64,000 nt of DNA from Scyliorhinus canicula (Eukaryota). Shown piece after piece: positions 47,851-59,955 of the stretch (position 1 is its first letter; every line of letters begins with the position of its first letter). The DNA lies in contig NC_052147.1 in assembly GCF_902713615.1 (NCBI RefSeq), forward strand, positions 16,941,865 through 17,005,864, read 5' to 3'. Under the pieces are notes generated by a model. The model did not search any database. It saw only the letters and a list, made by a program, of their open reading frames with translations, and was not told where the DNA came from. A program made the position numbers and the translations under genes.

Positions 47851-48804
47851 TGTTGCACGTTTTACTATGGGCGTAAAACGCGTTTATTGGAGTGTATTAA
47901 CACGCCTCCGAGTTCGACGTGTGCTTAACACTGCTAGGCTCTGTTCTATGTAATTATTTAAGCTCTGGAGTCGCCAGCTGCCGTATAGGCAACGTCACAA
48001 GTATTCCAAGGTCAAATTCAAAGTAATAAAGACGATACACCGATTAGTCAAGTTCAAACGATCAATATTTATTATACAGTTAATAATAAATACTCATGCA
48101 CACACACACTAAGAGACTAAGCTACAACTAAACATAAGCAAACAGAATACTTATCTAACAGGAACAGGCAAGGTCAGAGAACGAGGCCTTCGTCCTGGTT
48201 TTGTCTGCAGCCTTCAGCAAGCGTTCTGGCACTTGGGAGTCTAGCGGGCTTGGATCGCGTAGCGAGCGTTGAACTTACGGTTTCGGCGGCTGGTGCTCAA
48301 CGGCTGGAGTCAGGATACCAGGTGTCAGTCGGGGCCGGAGCACAGGTTTAACAGACCGGACAACACGAGGTCCCTATCTTTTATAGGGGTTCCGTTGTCC
48401 TTCCCTCTTCTCGGGCGGGCTCTACCTATTGGATCAATTTCTTATCGATACTGGATTAATTCCCCAATGCGAGGGGGTCTCCGTGATGGAGGGGGCGTTT
48501 CTTATGTCCTTTTGTTCGGAGGTTTCTGGTGCCTCGATGTCTGGGTCTTGATTGGAATGTGTCCATTCAGAACCAAATGTATCTATTGTGTGGGTGTTCA
48601 AGTCTGATGGCCTCATTAGCATGCAAAGCGTTTTGCCATTTGCACCTAGCTAAGGTCTCTTCACCTGAGCCCAAACTGGTTTCTGCTGCTGCAGAATGCA
48701 AACTGCTCTTTGCAGACTGCTGTTCTGGCTGAACTGTCTGTTTCTCAGCAGCCTTCCATTTTAGTTTGGCTCAGTGTCCATTTTGCGTGGCCAGCATGGC
48801 TACA
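47851..48804 (-). repeat. 5' LTR (954 bp) with promoter
   Basis: Minus-strand CCAAT ~48427-48431, GC box, TATAAAA 48385-48379, donor GTAAGT 48278-48273, AATAAA 48073-48068. Confidence 0.95.
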
Positions 48805-49956
48805 CTGGGATTCTCTGCTTTCCGGCGGGCGGGCCGTACCGGTGCCAGGGAGTCCGGCTGCCGGCGGGGCGAGGTTCACCCTGCCCCCTCCGGCCCTGTG
48901 GGGGGGTCGGAGAATTCCGTTCAGTGGGTTGAAAAACACTGACGCAATTTCTCAATTGTGGCGTGTGACGCTGTCAACTTCGCTTTGGGCATCAACAAAG
49001 AGAAAAAACATCGCACAAGGATAGCCCCACATAATCCAACACAAACCCATACTCATGGCTGGCCCAGCCATGCCCAAGGGTGCAATGGGGCTGCAGCATT
49101 TGGCACTGTTCGCAACATGTCGCCAGACTCTTAATGTTGGCATCAATGCCAGGCCACCATACATAACTTCTGGTGAGCATCTTCGTCTTGGATATAAACG
49201 GATGGGCACTGTGCACTAACTCCATTCCTGTACTCCGTTTGGCCGGCAGCCCGGGGGGGGGGGTTTCCCGTTGCCCCACAATGGGAAACCCCACTGAACA
49301 GCCAGCGTAATGGAGCATCCAGCCAGCGGGGTGAAATGGAAATGGGACGGGGGGGGGGCAGAGAATTCAGCCCCCAGTATCTTTGCTCTGGCACATCAGG
49401 GACTGGATTCTCCAATAATGGGGCTATGTCCCTATGCTGGTGTTTCACTCTGGACTTTCCTTAAGAAAGTCCTGAGTGATTCTCCCATCTGCAGGGGGCT
49501 GGCAGGGCCCCGGAGTGCTTCTAGCAGCTCTGGCTGCGGATACGGGGCCCCTCACCTCCAATCGGGAGTCCGCACATGCACATGGCAGCGGGTTGCAGCG
49601 GCCGCCCCGTGGGACATGGCGGACATTAGAGCGGCATCTAAAATGTACCCCCCCCCCACCGAGGTTGTGTGTGCCCACGTGTTCGTGACGCACAATCGTT
49701 CCCCTGGCCGTCCATGAGGCCGCCCCCCCTCCCCCCACCCGGTGATCGATCCCCTCGCCCCCCCCCCCACAGTTTTGCACAGAGAATCGCGGCGGGGGGG
49801 GGGGGGGGGAGGCTCTGACAATGGCTCCCTATCCGCGCCGCATAGTTCGCACGCGAGAAACCCCTGGGCATGCGGCCACTGCGTCGAACGTGATTTAGAC
49901 ACAGAGGCTCATAGAATCCAGCCCCATGCCTCCAGCTAACAGCCCTGGTAAGATTG

Positions 49957-50625
49957 CTCAAATTCCACAGGGACAATATTCCGGAGCGGGGAAGGAGGAG
50001 AGGTTTAGAATTCCACAGGAACAATATTCCGGGGTGGCGATGGAGGAGAGGTTTAGAATTCCACAGGAACAATATTCCGGGACGGGGATGGAGGAGAGGG
50101 AGGATATTCTGGGACGGGGAAGGAGGAGAGGTTTAGAATTCCACAGGGACAATATTCCGGGACGGGGAAGGAGGAGAGGGAGTATGTTCTGGGACGGGGA
50201 AGGAGGAGAGGTTTAGAATTCCACAGGGGCAATATTCCGGGACGGGGAAGGAGGAGAGGTTTAGAATTCCACGGGGACAATATTCCGGGATGGGGATGGA
50301 GGAGAGGTTTAGAATTCCACAGGGATTATATTCCGGGACGGGAAAGGAGGAGAGGTTTAGAATTCCACAGGGAGGATATTCCAGGACGGGGATGGAGGAG
50401 AGGTTTAGAATTCCACAGGGATTATATTCTGGGGCGGGGATGGAGGAGAGGTTTAGAATTCCACAGGGAGGATATTCCGGGGCGGGGAAGGAGGAGAGGT
50501 TTAGAATTCCACAGGGAGGATATTCCGGGGCGGGGAAGGAGGAGAGGTTTAGAATTCCACAGGGAGGATATTGCGGGACGGGGATGGAGGAGAGGTTTAG
50601 AATTCCACAGGGACGATATTCCTGG
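49957..50625. repeat. 48-bp minisatellite, about 14 units
   Basis: Unit GGAGGAGAGGTTTAGAATTCCACAGGGACAATATTCCGGGACGGGGAA; 16-aa periodicity in the ORF track. Confidence 0.9.
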
Positions 50626-53600
50626 ACTGCGGCAGATTAATTTTAAATTGATTTTACGGGATGTCGGGGTCGCTGGTTAGGCCAGCATTTATTGCCCATC
50701 CCTACTTGTCCTTCACAAGGTGGTGGTGAGCTACCTTCTTGAAGCACATCTCCTCGAGGGGAGGGGCACGATTGAAAAACTCGGGCCTAAGACAATGAGA
50801 CCATTCAGCAACAGCGCCCACTAGCTGCTCAAAGGGGGCTGTAAAAAAGTCTTTTCTGACTGATAAATTTTCCCTTTAGAATCTGCAGTCCATTGTTGCG
50901 CCAAACAAATTGCAGCTTCGTGGTCAGAGCTTCCCACACATCAGGTGAGGCAGCAGCAACTCAGCAGTGCCACCATTGCAGTCAAACACAATTTCCCATT
51001 GCAACCACTCCACGCTGCCGGCAAACCCTCGCCCCTCCGTCCACACTTTCTTCCCCCACCACTTTCCCATCTCAGCTCCTTTTCCCATCTGTTACACGCT
51101 GGAAGAGTGGAGTTTGGGGTGTTGTGATAATGTCACTGGTCTAGCAATCCGGAAACCCTCGTTCTTTCTCTGGGGCCAACAGAGTCAAGCCTCAGCACGG
51201 CAACTGGTAACATTTAAATTCAATTAATCAATCTGGAATTGAAAGCCAACTTTGGTTTTAGTGACCATGAAACGATGGTCGGAAAAACCCATCTTGTTCA
51301 CTAATGTCCTTTAGGGGTGAAAATCTGCCATCGCCTGATCGACATATAGTTCCGGATCCACAACAATGTGGTTGACTCTTTTTTTTAAATAAATTTAGAT
51401 TACCCAATTATTTTTTTCCAATTAAGGGGCAATTTAGCGTGGCCAATCCACCTACTCTGCACATTTTTGGGTTGTGGGGGCGAAACCCACGCAGACACGG
51501 GGAGAATGTGCAAACACCACACGGACAGTGACCCAGAGCCGGGATCGAACCTGGGACCTCAGTGCCGTGAGGCGGTTGTGCTAACCACTAGGCCACCGTG
51601 CTGCCCTGTGGTTGACTCTTAATAGGAGGTCCAACAACACCATCCGAACAGGGCAGCCTGCTTGACCGGCACCCCATCCTCTACCTTAAACATTCACTCT
51701 CTCCACTGGTGCACAGTGCAGCAGCAAGCTACTCTATTGTATCAAACCACTGCAGCATCTAAAAGGAATGAAGTCAGACGCACCATCCAGCATCAGACGA
51801 GGAACTGAACACAACAGCTAACCCTGCCCCGTTGACACTCCTTACAAACATCTGAGGGTTTGCGTCAAAATTGGGAGGGCTGTCTCACAGTCTAGACTGC
51901 CAGTCCCACATACGGAATCAGCTTACAATGTCCTAAACACCACCATTGGCATCCCTGGGTATGTCATGACCAACCAGCAGGACGGCACTATAAAGTGGCA
52001 AGGGTGTTGCCCTGGGAGTCCTCAACATTGACCCATGACCCCCATGAAGTCTCATGGCATCAGGTTAAACATGGGCAAGGAAAGCTGCTGATTGCCAACT
52101 GCCACCACCATCACCTCCCCTTGCTCCCGAGGGCGGCAAGTCCCGATTAGGGACTTTAATTCAAGAGTGGCTTGTTAGTACCACTAGTGACCAAGCTAGC
52201 CGAGTCCCAAATGACACACTGGCCAGACAACGGCCAGATCTAATAAAGTCCGGCCATCTCCCCTTGATTTCAGGACCATAGCCATTGCTGAATTCCCCAT
52301 TATCAACATCTTGGGGTTACCATTGACCAGGAACAGCTATAATATTGTGGTATGAGAGCAGGTCCACACTCAAGAAGTTTGACACCATCCATACAAGGCA
52401 GTCTGCTTGATTGGCACCCCATCCACCACCTTAAACATTCACACCCGCCACCACCGACGCACAGTGGCTGCCATGTGTTCCATCCACAAGATGCACTGTA
52501 GCAACTCACCAAAGTTCCTTTAACAGCACCTTCCAACCCCACAACATTTACCACCGGGAAGGGCAAGGACAGCAGATCCATGGGAATGCCACTGTCTGCA
52601 AGTTGCCCTCCAAGACGCACATTAACCTGACTTGGAAATATATCGCCGCTGTTCCTTCACTGTCACTGGGTCAAAATCCTGAAACTCTCTCCCCAACAGC
52701 ATTGTGGGGGTACCACGTAGGCTGCAGCGGGTCAAGAAGGCCTTGCCAACGACACCCACATCCCGTGAACAGATTAGTTTAAAAAAAAGACTCAAGGGAA
52801 ACATTCACTTGGAGTTGAAGAACTGATATCCATGGAGAAAAGTTGGAAGCTGAATGCATCAGAAATTGCCTCATCTCGCCAGATGCTCTGGATGTTACAC
52901 ACAAGTCAGGCATTGAAGGGAAAGAGTCACCAGTCGATGAGACCAGTACTCTAGCTGCTCCACCATCTGTTGATCAACAGCAAATGCAGATCTTACTGGA
53001 AATCCAACAGGTGAGAGCTGCTCAGGTATTGTGACTCCTTCAAGGCCCCAAGTATATGATCTGGTTGGGCCTCAAAGGTAGCTCTGTGCTCCAATTCTGG
53101 GCACAACACTTTAATAAGGATGTCAAGCCCTCATTGAGTCTCTGCTGGTAGCAGTGACTCAACCCATTCTGAAAGGCGCTTTGGAAAATGCAAGTCATAA
53201 ATCAGGAGAAATGTTATAATATTCAGGTGCCACCTGTACCTACATTGAGATCACGGAGAGGTTACATGGAAACACGTCAAACCCCCTCCGCCCCGTGAAC
53301 CCCCCACTTACATTTGTCAAACACACAGAAATTCTGCTGAGAGATGACTTTATTAATCTGCTGTTTACAGTATTCCGTAAAGCAAGGATCATATTGTCAA
53401 TAATCTGTTGCCTGCATTCCTTCATCTGTGGAACTCTCTTCTCCAGAAGATGGTGAGTGCAGGTCAATGAATATTTTGAAGGTAGAGGCAGATGAATTCT
53501 TGACTCCAAAGGGATGGGCGGTTTGTGGGGTCGAAGCCACACCCAGATCAGGCATGGTCTTATTGAATGACTGAGCTCAAATTCTGAGAGGCTGAATTTC

Positions 53601-53899
53601 CCACTGCTGCTTCTAATCCATATGATCATATGTTCCATTGCCTCCGTTTAATGGTCTACTTTATAAATAAAGCTGACAAATTAGTTCTGACATTTCAGGG
53701 CTTATGATTTCTACAAGTTGAAGGGCAGGAACTCTCCCCCCACTGTGTGGGGGGGTTGAAGAGACCCATAACTTGGGGCATGTCAGGTGATCAGAATTTG
53801 GGGAAAGGTGGAACCCCGCAGATTTTAGGGGGGGGGGGTGATGAGATGTCTACACAATTTGGGGGTGGCAGGAATGGGATTGAGCCTCAGGGGACTGTG

Positions 53900-54600
53900 A
53901 AAATTTATTGCGATGGAAGAAGGTCTGTGGTGTTACACACAGGTCTGTGGTGTGAGGGGCTACGAAGGGTGATCGCCTCAATCTTGTGCGCGAGGCTGGG
54001 GCTAATACAGCTGAAGGTTGTGTACAGGGTGCACCTCACAAAATCAAAGATGAGCCGGCTGTTTGAGGGGGAGGAGGATGTCTGTGAGTAATGTGGGAGG
54101 GGTCCCGCAAACCATGTTCATATGTTTTGGTCCTGCCTGAAGCTTGAAAGGTATTGGCGGGAGGTATTTAGCACAATCTCGGGGTTTTACAGACGGATAC
54201 GAAGCCCGGTCCCCTGGAAGCTATTTTCAGGTGACGGACCGGCCCAGGCAGCAGGCGGGTGCGGGGGCAGATGTTTAGCCTTTCCTCACTGATCACTCAA
54301 TGGTGGGTCCTGTCGGAGTGGAGATCGGCTTCTCCACCTTGCGCCTGAGTGAGACGGGGGGGATCTGCTGGAGGTTTTGACCCTGAAGAGGGTGAGGTTT
54401 GAGTTGAGGGGGGCAAGGAGGAGTTCTCCAATTGTTGGGGTTGTGGGAGTTGATTGCTGTTGAGGGGAAGAGGGGGGGGGGGGGAACTGCTTTCTTTTCT
54501 GTTCTACCTTTTACATTCTCCGTTATATGTTGTTCGGGCTGTTCTGTTTCTCTTTCTTTTTTGTTAAAATGATTAAAATATGGCGAATAAAAATATTTAA
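53900..54600 (+). mobile_element. L1/Tx1-like 3' end fragment
   Basis: CARLGLIQLKVVYRVHLT, HMFWSC motif, AATAAA and A-rich end. Confidence 0.75.
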
Positions 54601-54685
54601 AATAATTTTTTTTTCAGATTAGATGCAGCCTGATGCCGACCAATAGGATTTTGCACAGGCGTGTTGGTTTGAGGGAAACCTTAGT

Positions 54686-57600
54686 CTAAGGATGTGCAGC
54701 AATGACGGTGTTGATCCAGTGGAGATAGCTAGACACCCGGGTGTACACCCCGTACCGTCCAGGCCGCCCACACCCAGTGCCCCAGGACACGATGCCCATT
54801 AGGTACCAGGCTCCTGAATGCTGGTCAGATACTAGGAACCCGCCACCCGTATCCCCAGCGCAGGCATCCTTCCCCCCTTCAGGAAGTCCAGCACAAAACA
54901 TGTTGAAGGTAACCAGAGGACGGTAGCCCCCGATTCGGGCCCCCTGGAAAGCCTGCAAGCAGCGGTTCTGATGGATTAAAGGCAACGGTACATAACGCAG
55001 CCGGTCACGGAGGAAGTAGCCATCCTCGATGCCCCAGCCAGCCACATAACCTACTCTCCCAGGCTGGTAGAGGTCATTTCCCTTATGCCTCCGAGCCTGG
55101 GGTAAGCAGGCAGGCATTGCCCCCTCCTCCTCCCGGGTTGCCCTCAACTTAATCAGGGCAATGTCGTTATCAAAATTGTGCAGTTCCTCCCCAAACCCTG
55201 GGTGCACCACAATATCCTCAATCTCCTGAGTGGCCCCTGCCATGTGTGCTGCCAAGCTGGTGCCCAAGTTCATCCGGATCTGGGTGGTGTTGCGTTGGCG
55301 GACCAGGTTTATTCGGCGGCTGCCCTTGGGGTAGAAGATGTGAGCAGCTGTCAGAACCCAGCCCCCGCCGATCAGGGTGCCACCAGCCCGCCCCCGTCCC
55401 CTTGCCACCACCAATACGTGCCAAGGGAAGCTCCCCTCTTCTGCCAGCTTGCCGCCCAATATCCTCTGCACAGTTGTCACGGGGTTTGAAGGCCTTCCAC
55501 AAACTGCAACAGTGGGAAGAAGGAAAACAGGAGTCAGCGTATGTAGTGTGAAGTGGGCAAGATAGAGAGAGAGAGAAACAGAGGCCAGATTTTCCTCGGG
55601 GTTCCTCGATTTGAAAGATTGGCTCTGAGCCCAGGTCGATAAAAGCAGAGGGGGGAGGGGGGAAGTAGTGGGATGGAGAGAAAGAGACACAGAGAGAGGA
55701 AGAAAGAGTGAGATAGTGAGAAAGAAAAAGATACAAAGAGAGGCAACGAGAAAGAGGGGTGAAATCTGCACTGCCCACTCCATCAGAGTTACCGATGCGG
55801 CAGAGAATTGCACGTTGGGCAATAAAACAGGACCGGCGCAATGCATCGGCGGCAGCAGTGAGCAACACACCTTGTGCCAACGGCAGGAGGCAGGCTCATT
55901 TGCATCCCATTAACGGCTGGAAGCCCAATTCTCTACACCTGCATGATGCTCCCGTCCTCTTGGCCAGGTTTCACGCGGGTATGGATTGCTGCAAGTATTT
56001 TTAAGCATGGCCCTGATGCAGTGGACCTCGCAGTGGGTCAAGGGGGTAAGTATGTAACATTGGTGCCTCCAAAGTCCATCGGAATGCCCCCCACAGCGCA
56101 AATCCTGCCCACTTTGTCCCTAGCCTCCCCATCAGGCAGTTATTATATCGAATGTGTCTGTGATAAAGGGGGCCTGTGATATGGAGGGGTCTCTGAAATG
56201 GGTGTGTCTCTGATATGGGGGGGTCACTGATATGGGGGGGTCATTGATATAGGGGTCATTGACATGGGGGAGGGTTCACTGATATGGGGGTCATTGACAT
56301 GGGGGAGGGTTCACTGATATGGGGGTCATTGACATGGGGGAGGGTTCACTGATATGGGGGGGTCTCTGTTGGGGATCTGGTGGGGGATCGTTTAGCCTCA
56401 CCCATGCGTGCTGTGGTGCAGGTGGTGACCCAGCAGTTTCCATGGTGGGGGTGGGGTGTGGGCCGGGGGGGGGGGGGGGGGTAAAGGATGCTCCTACTTT
56501 AGTTGTCAGTTGGTGGGGGGGGGGGGGGGGGGGGGGAAGCTGCCACCGGATCTCGGAATCAAGCTGTTGAAAATGGCAGCCTGATAGCGTGATTCGGAAC
56601 GGAATCCCAGGAGCTCCCGGCCATGCATAAATATGCATGGAAAAGAAGAGGGAATGGCTCCTGGGCACTACTCCGAGCACCAGGAGCGATTCTACTCCGG
56701 CAGGAGATTATAATCTCCCAAACAGAAAACCCCGGCCAGAGAGCAGAAGAAAGAGACAGGCAGAGAGAGAGAGAGAGACAGATGAGCAGACAGAGAAAAG
56801 TGAAAGGTAGAGGCAGAGAGAAACAAAAATACCAGGGAAGAGAGAGAGGCCGAGAGAGTGAGAGAGAGAGAGACAGACACAGAGAAAAATGAAAGGCAGA
56901 GACAAAGGGAGACAGTGAGAGAGAGAGAGAGAAATAGGGAGACACCAGAGACAGTCAATAAGAGACAAAGAGATTAGGAGGGAGATAGAGATTACCTTGA
57001 AATCGAGAGCTTCCATTCCTTGTGCCTTCGCCCACACTCTTGCTTATTCCTGTGGCGTTCTGCTCCATGACCCAGGGTTTGATGGTAGTTTGGGGGTCAC
57101 TGGCTGGTGGGATGTCTAAGCTTCCTCTGGGTTGCTGTGACACGGTGCAGTCACAGAGCAACACAAGTACCAGAGCCTGGAGCCTGGGAGGGAGAGTAGA
57201 GAACGGCGGCTGAGAGTTCTGATGAAAATCAGGAGTGGAGACAGGCGGGGCAAGCTTTTGGACTTCTGGCCCCCAGCCTCGCCTCAGGGTCACAACCCCA
57301 GATGCTGCCCTTGGTGAAATGTCACTCAAATTCTTGGGCCTCATGAGCGAGATAATGACCTCCTCATTGCCCAGAACATCTTTGTTGCCTGAAAAGCAAC
57401 AGGCATCCTACCCTCAGCACCACAGCAGTGCCAAAGGAGAAAATGCAAAACTGCCACAAAATGGAAGGTCTCTCACGTTGTGGGCCAGGGTTTAGAGAAC
57501 CCCAAAGTGTATCATGGAGTTCACCTGACCCACAACTTTTAATAGATTGTGGTATGGGGAGCACACAACCCACTCCACAGGTGCTGTGCAGCAGAAATGG

Positions 57601-59126
57601 AAAAGTATTTTTTAAAGCAAAACAATGTTTATTCTATGAACTCAAGTTAACCTTTTAAAAAATACAGTGAACATCTTAGCAACCATCAATTCAAATACAT
57701 CCCCCAAAGACTACAACACTAAATAATCCTTTAAGCTTTCCTTTTAACATCCATACGACTTAAAAACAAAACCTTTAACAGAAGCAGGTTTAAGTCACTA
57801 CTGGGAACATTTATAATTCTGAATTCACCAAATTATCAAAAGATAGTGGGCGCTATTCTCCGCCCCCCACGCCTGGTGGGAGAATAGCGGGAGGTCCTCC
57901 TGACATTTTTCACGCCCTCCCGCTATTCTCCCCCCCCCCCACGCCTTCACGCCCGTTTCAACATGGCAGCAAACACACCTGCTCGCTGCCATTGTGAAAC
58001 GGGTGCCAGATGCCCGTTTGGGGCATCTGGGGGCCCGATTGGCACGGCAGTACCACGGCCATGCCAAGGGGGCATAGGCCCGCGATCGGTGCCCACGATC
58101 CATAACGGACACACTCTTTTCCCTCCACCGCCCCGCAAGATCAAGCCGCCACGTCTTGCAGGGCGGCTGAGGGAAAAGACGCCAACTGCGCATGCGCGGG
58201 TTGGCGTTGTCCAACCTGTGCATGCGCAGCTGACGTCATCGGCCGCGTCAGCCACGTGATGCTTGGCGTGCGGCCTTGACGACCGTCATCAAGGCCGCGC
58301 CGGCGTGACGTCCGGGGCCCCGCTCCTAGTCCCACCCGGGGGGGAGAATCGGCCCCGGAAGTGGGCGTGAAGGCTGCCGTGGGTCACGGCCTGTCCCACG
58401 GCAGCCTTTACGATTCTCCGCATTTGCGGAGAATCTCACCCAGTCTTTTGATGGCAGAGAGAACAGCAGTACACCTGCTCTGTCTGGCTTCAGCTCCAAT
58501 ACTGAAAACAAAACTAAAACACACCCTGCAGCAAACAGCCTAAAATGAAAGTAAAAAGCTGAGACAGCTCAGTTCCACCCACACTCTGACATCATTGATA
58601 AACACCCATTTCTTAAAGGTGCATTTCTGAAACACCCATTTCTTAAAGGTACTCTCACATGACACTTAAATTAACTGCCAGGTTCTTAAAATGGTGTTTG
58701 GTTTCTGAAGCTTGGCATTTAACCCCTCTTCCGTACAGATGGCGTCCGGCCTTGCCTATTGAAACCATCCTCTCCTCAGAGATCCAACACGATCACGCTT
58801 GAGTGGGGATTAGGCTTGACCTCTGGGCCTTGCTTAAGAAAGCAGCTATCAACAATCGAGTTCCAAAGAGGTATTTGTACCTAGGTTTCGTCTTTGGAAT
58901 AAATTGAGGCTAGAGTCAGGAGGAGATGTAGCCTGTTGGAGGCTCCACAGTCAAGCCGGAAGTGTCTGCAGGTCTAAGTTCATGGGAGGGCCCAGTAAGC
59001 CGTTAAACATCAGATTGTAGCTCAGGGCCACAGAAAACGCCCCAGGAGACTGGAGCCAACAACAAATTTGGATCCCACTCAATGCACCACCGTGTCTCTT
59101 AACTAAGAGCGTCCAACGTACCTCAT
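54686..59126 (-). CDS. C1r/MASP/haptoglobin-family serine protease homolog, 336 aa; exons 59126-59122, 57183-56996, 55503-54686
   Basis: ATGAG|GTACGT micro-exon, CAG|GCTC...CAAG|GTAATC, CAG|TTTGT; phases 2 and 1 join in frame: MRLQALVLVLLCDCTVS...FQVCGRPSNPVTTVQR-ILGG..TAAH..DIAL..GDTGG; single-exon protease domain without histidine-loop Cys. Confidence 0.8.
56180..56365. repeat. G-rich short tandem repeat; GA-rich simple repeats at ~55560-55760 and ~56735-56990
   Basis: Repeated GATATGGGGGTCATTGACATGGGGGAGGGTTCACT units. Confidence 0.8.
57476..58664 (-). mobile_element. Solo LTR interrupted by a GC-rich MITE-like insert (~57848-58440)
   Basis: Matches reverse complement of 1-224; ends ...CATGACA; flanks CTCA/CTTA (imperfect TSD). 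Confidence 0.7.
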
Positions 59127-59344
59127 CACCCTTCAGCGAGAACAGATCCTGATTTAAATCGCAGTGTTGGAGCACACACACAGCAATACAGCACAAGCAG
59201 GAATAGGAGACATTGACCTCTTGGACTGTTACGGTCTATATTCTGCTGCCCACGTCACATACTCAGGAATGTTCATGGCTCAATCGTGTTGCAGTGGCAG
59301 GAACAGATTTCAGTTCAGGGCCCCAGAATTACAGCCCGGAAGTT

Positions 59345-59955
59345 ACATAAAGAGTAGATCCCCCTCTACACTGTCCCATCAAACCCAGTGCAGGATGGCA
59401 CAGAGTTAAACACAAAGTAAATTTCCTTCTACATTAATAAACACTCCCATGGCAGATACAACACGGGGTTAGACACAGGGTGGAGCTCCCTCTACACTGT
59501 CCCATTAAACACTTCCAGGACAGGTACAGCACAGGGTTAGATACAGAGTACAATTCATGTACACTGTTCCATCAAACACTTCCAGGACAGGTACAGTACA
59601 GGGTTAGATATAGAGTACAATTCCTGTACACTGTTCCATCAAACACTTCCAGGACAGGTACAGCACAGGGTTAGATGCAGAGTAAAACTCCTGTACACTG
59701 TCCTATCAAACATTCCCAGGGCAGGTACAGCACAGGGTTAGATACAGATTAGTACTGTTGTACACTGTCCTATCAGACACTCCCAGGACAGGTAGAGCAC
59801 AGGGTTAGATACAGAGTAAAACTCGTATACACTGTCCTATCAAACCTTCCAGGGCAGGTACAGCACAGGGTTAGATACAGAGTAAAACTCCTGAACACTG
59901 TCCTATCAAACATTCCCAGGGCAGGTACAGCACAGGGTTTGATGCAGAGTAAAGG
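59345..59955. repeat. ~67-bp tandem repeat, about 9 units
   Basis: Unit GGGTTAGATACAGAGTAAAACTCCTGTACACTGTCCTATCAAACATTCCCAGGGCAGGTACAGCACA. Confidence 0.9.

Larger units (their letters stand above)
38985..48804 (-). mobile_element. Full-length, very young env-less retrovirus-like provirus (lokiretrovirus/spuma-related clade suspected), 9,820 bp
   Basis: Two 954-bp TG...CA LTRs, TSD CTGG (38981-38984, 48805-48808), PBS, PPT, uninterrupted gag and pol. Confidence 0.95.

Noticed and set aside
49957-50625. CRISPR-like array or repeat protein (EERFRIPQG units); likewise 59345-59955
   Set aside because: No unique spacers, no cas genes, eukaryotic context; simple tandem repeats
55504-55870. Hydrophobic N-terminal part of the 394-aa ORF, suggesting a membrane-anchored protease
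   Set aside because: It is translation of a CT-rich intron; a clear acceptor lies at 55504-55505
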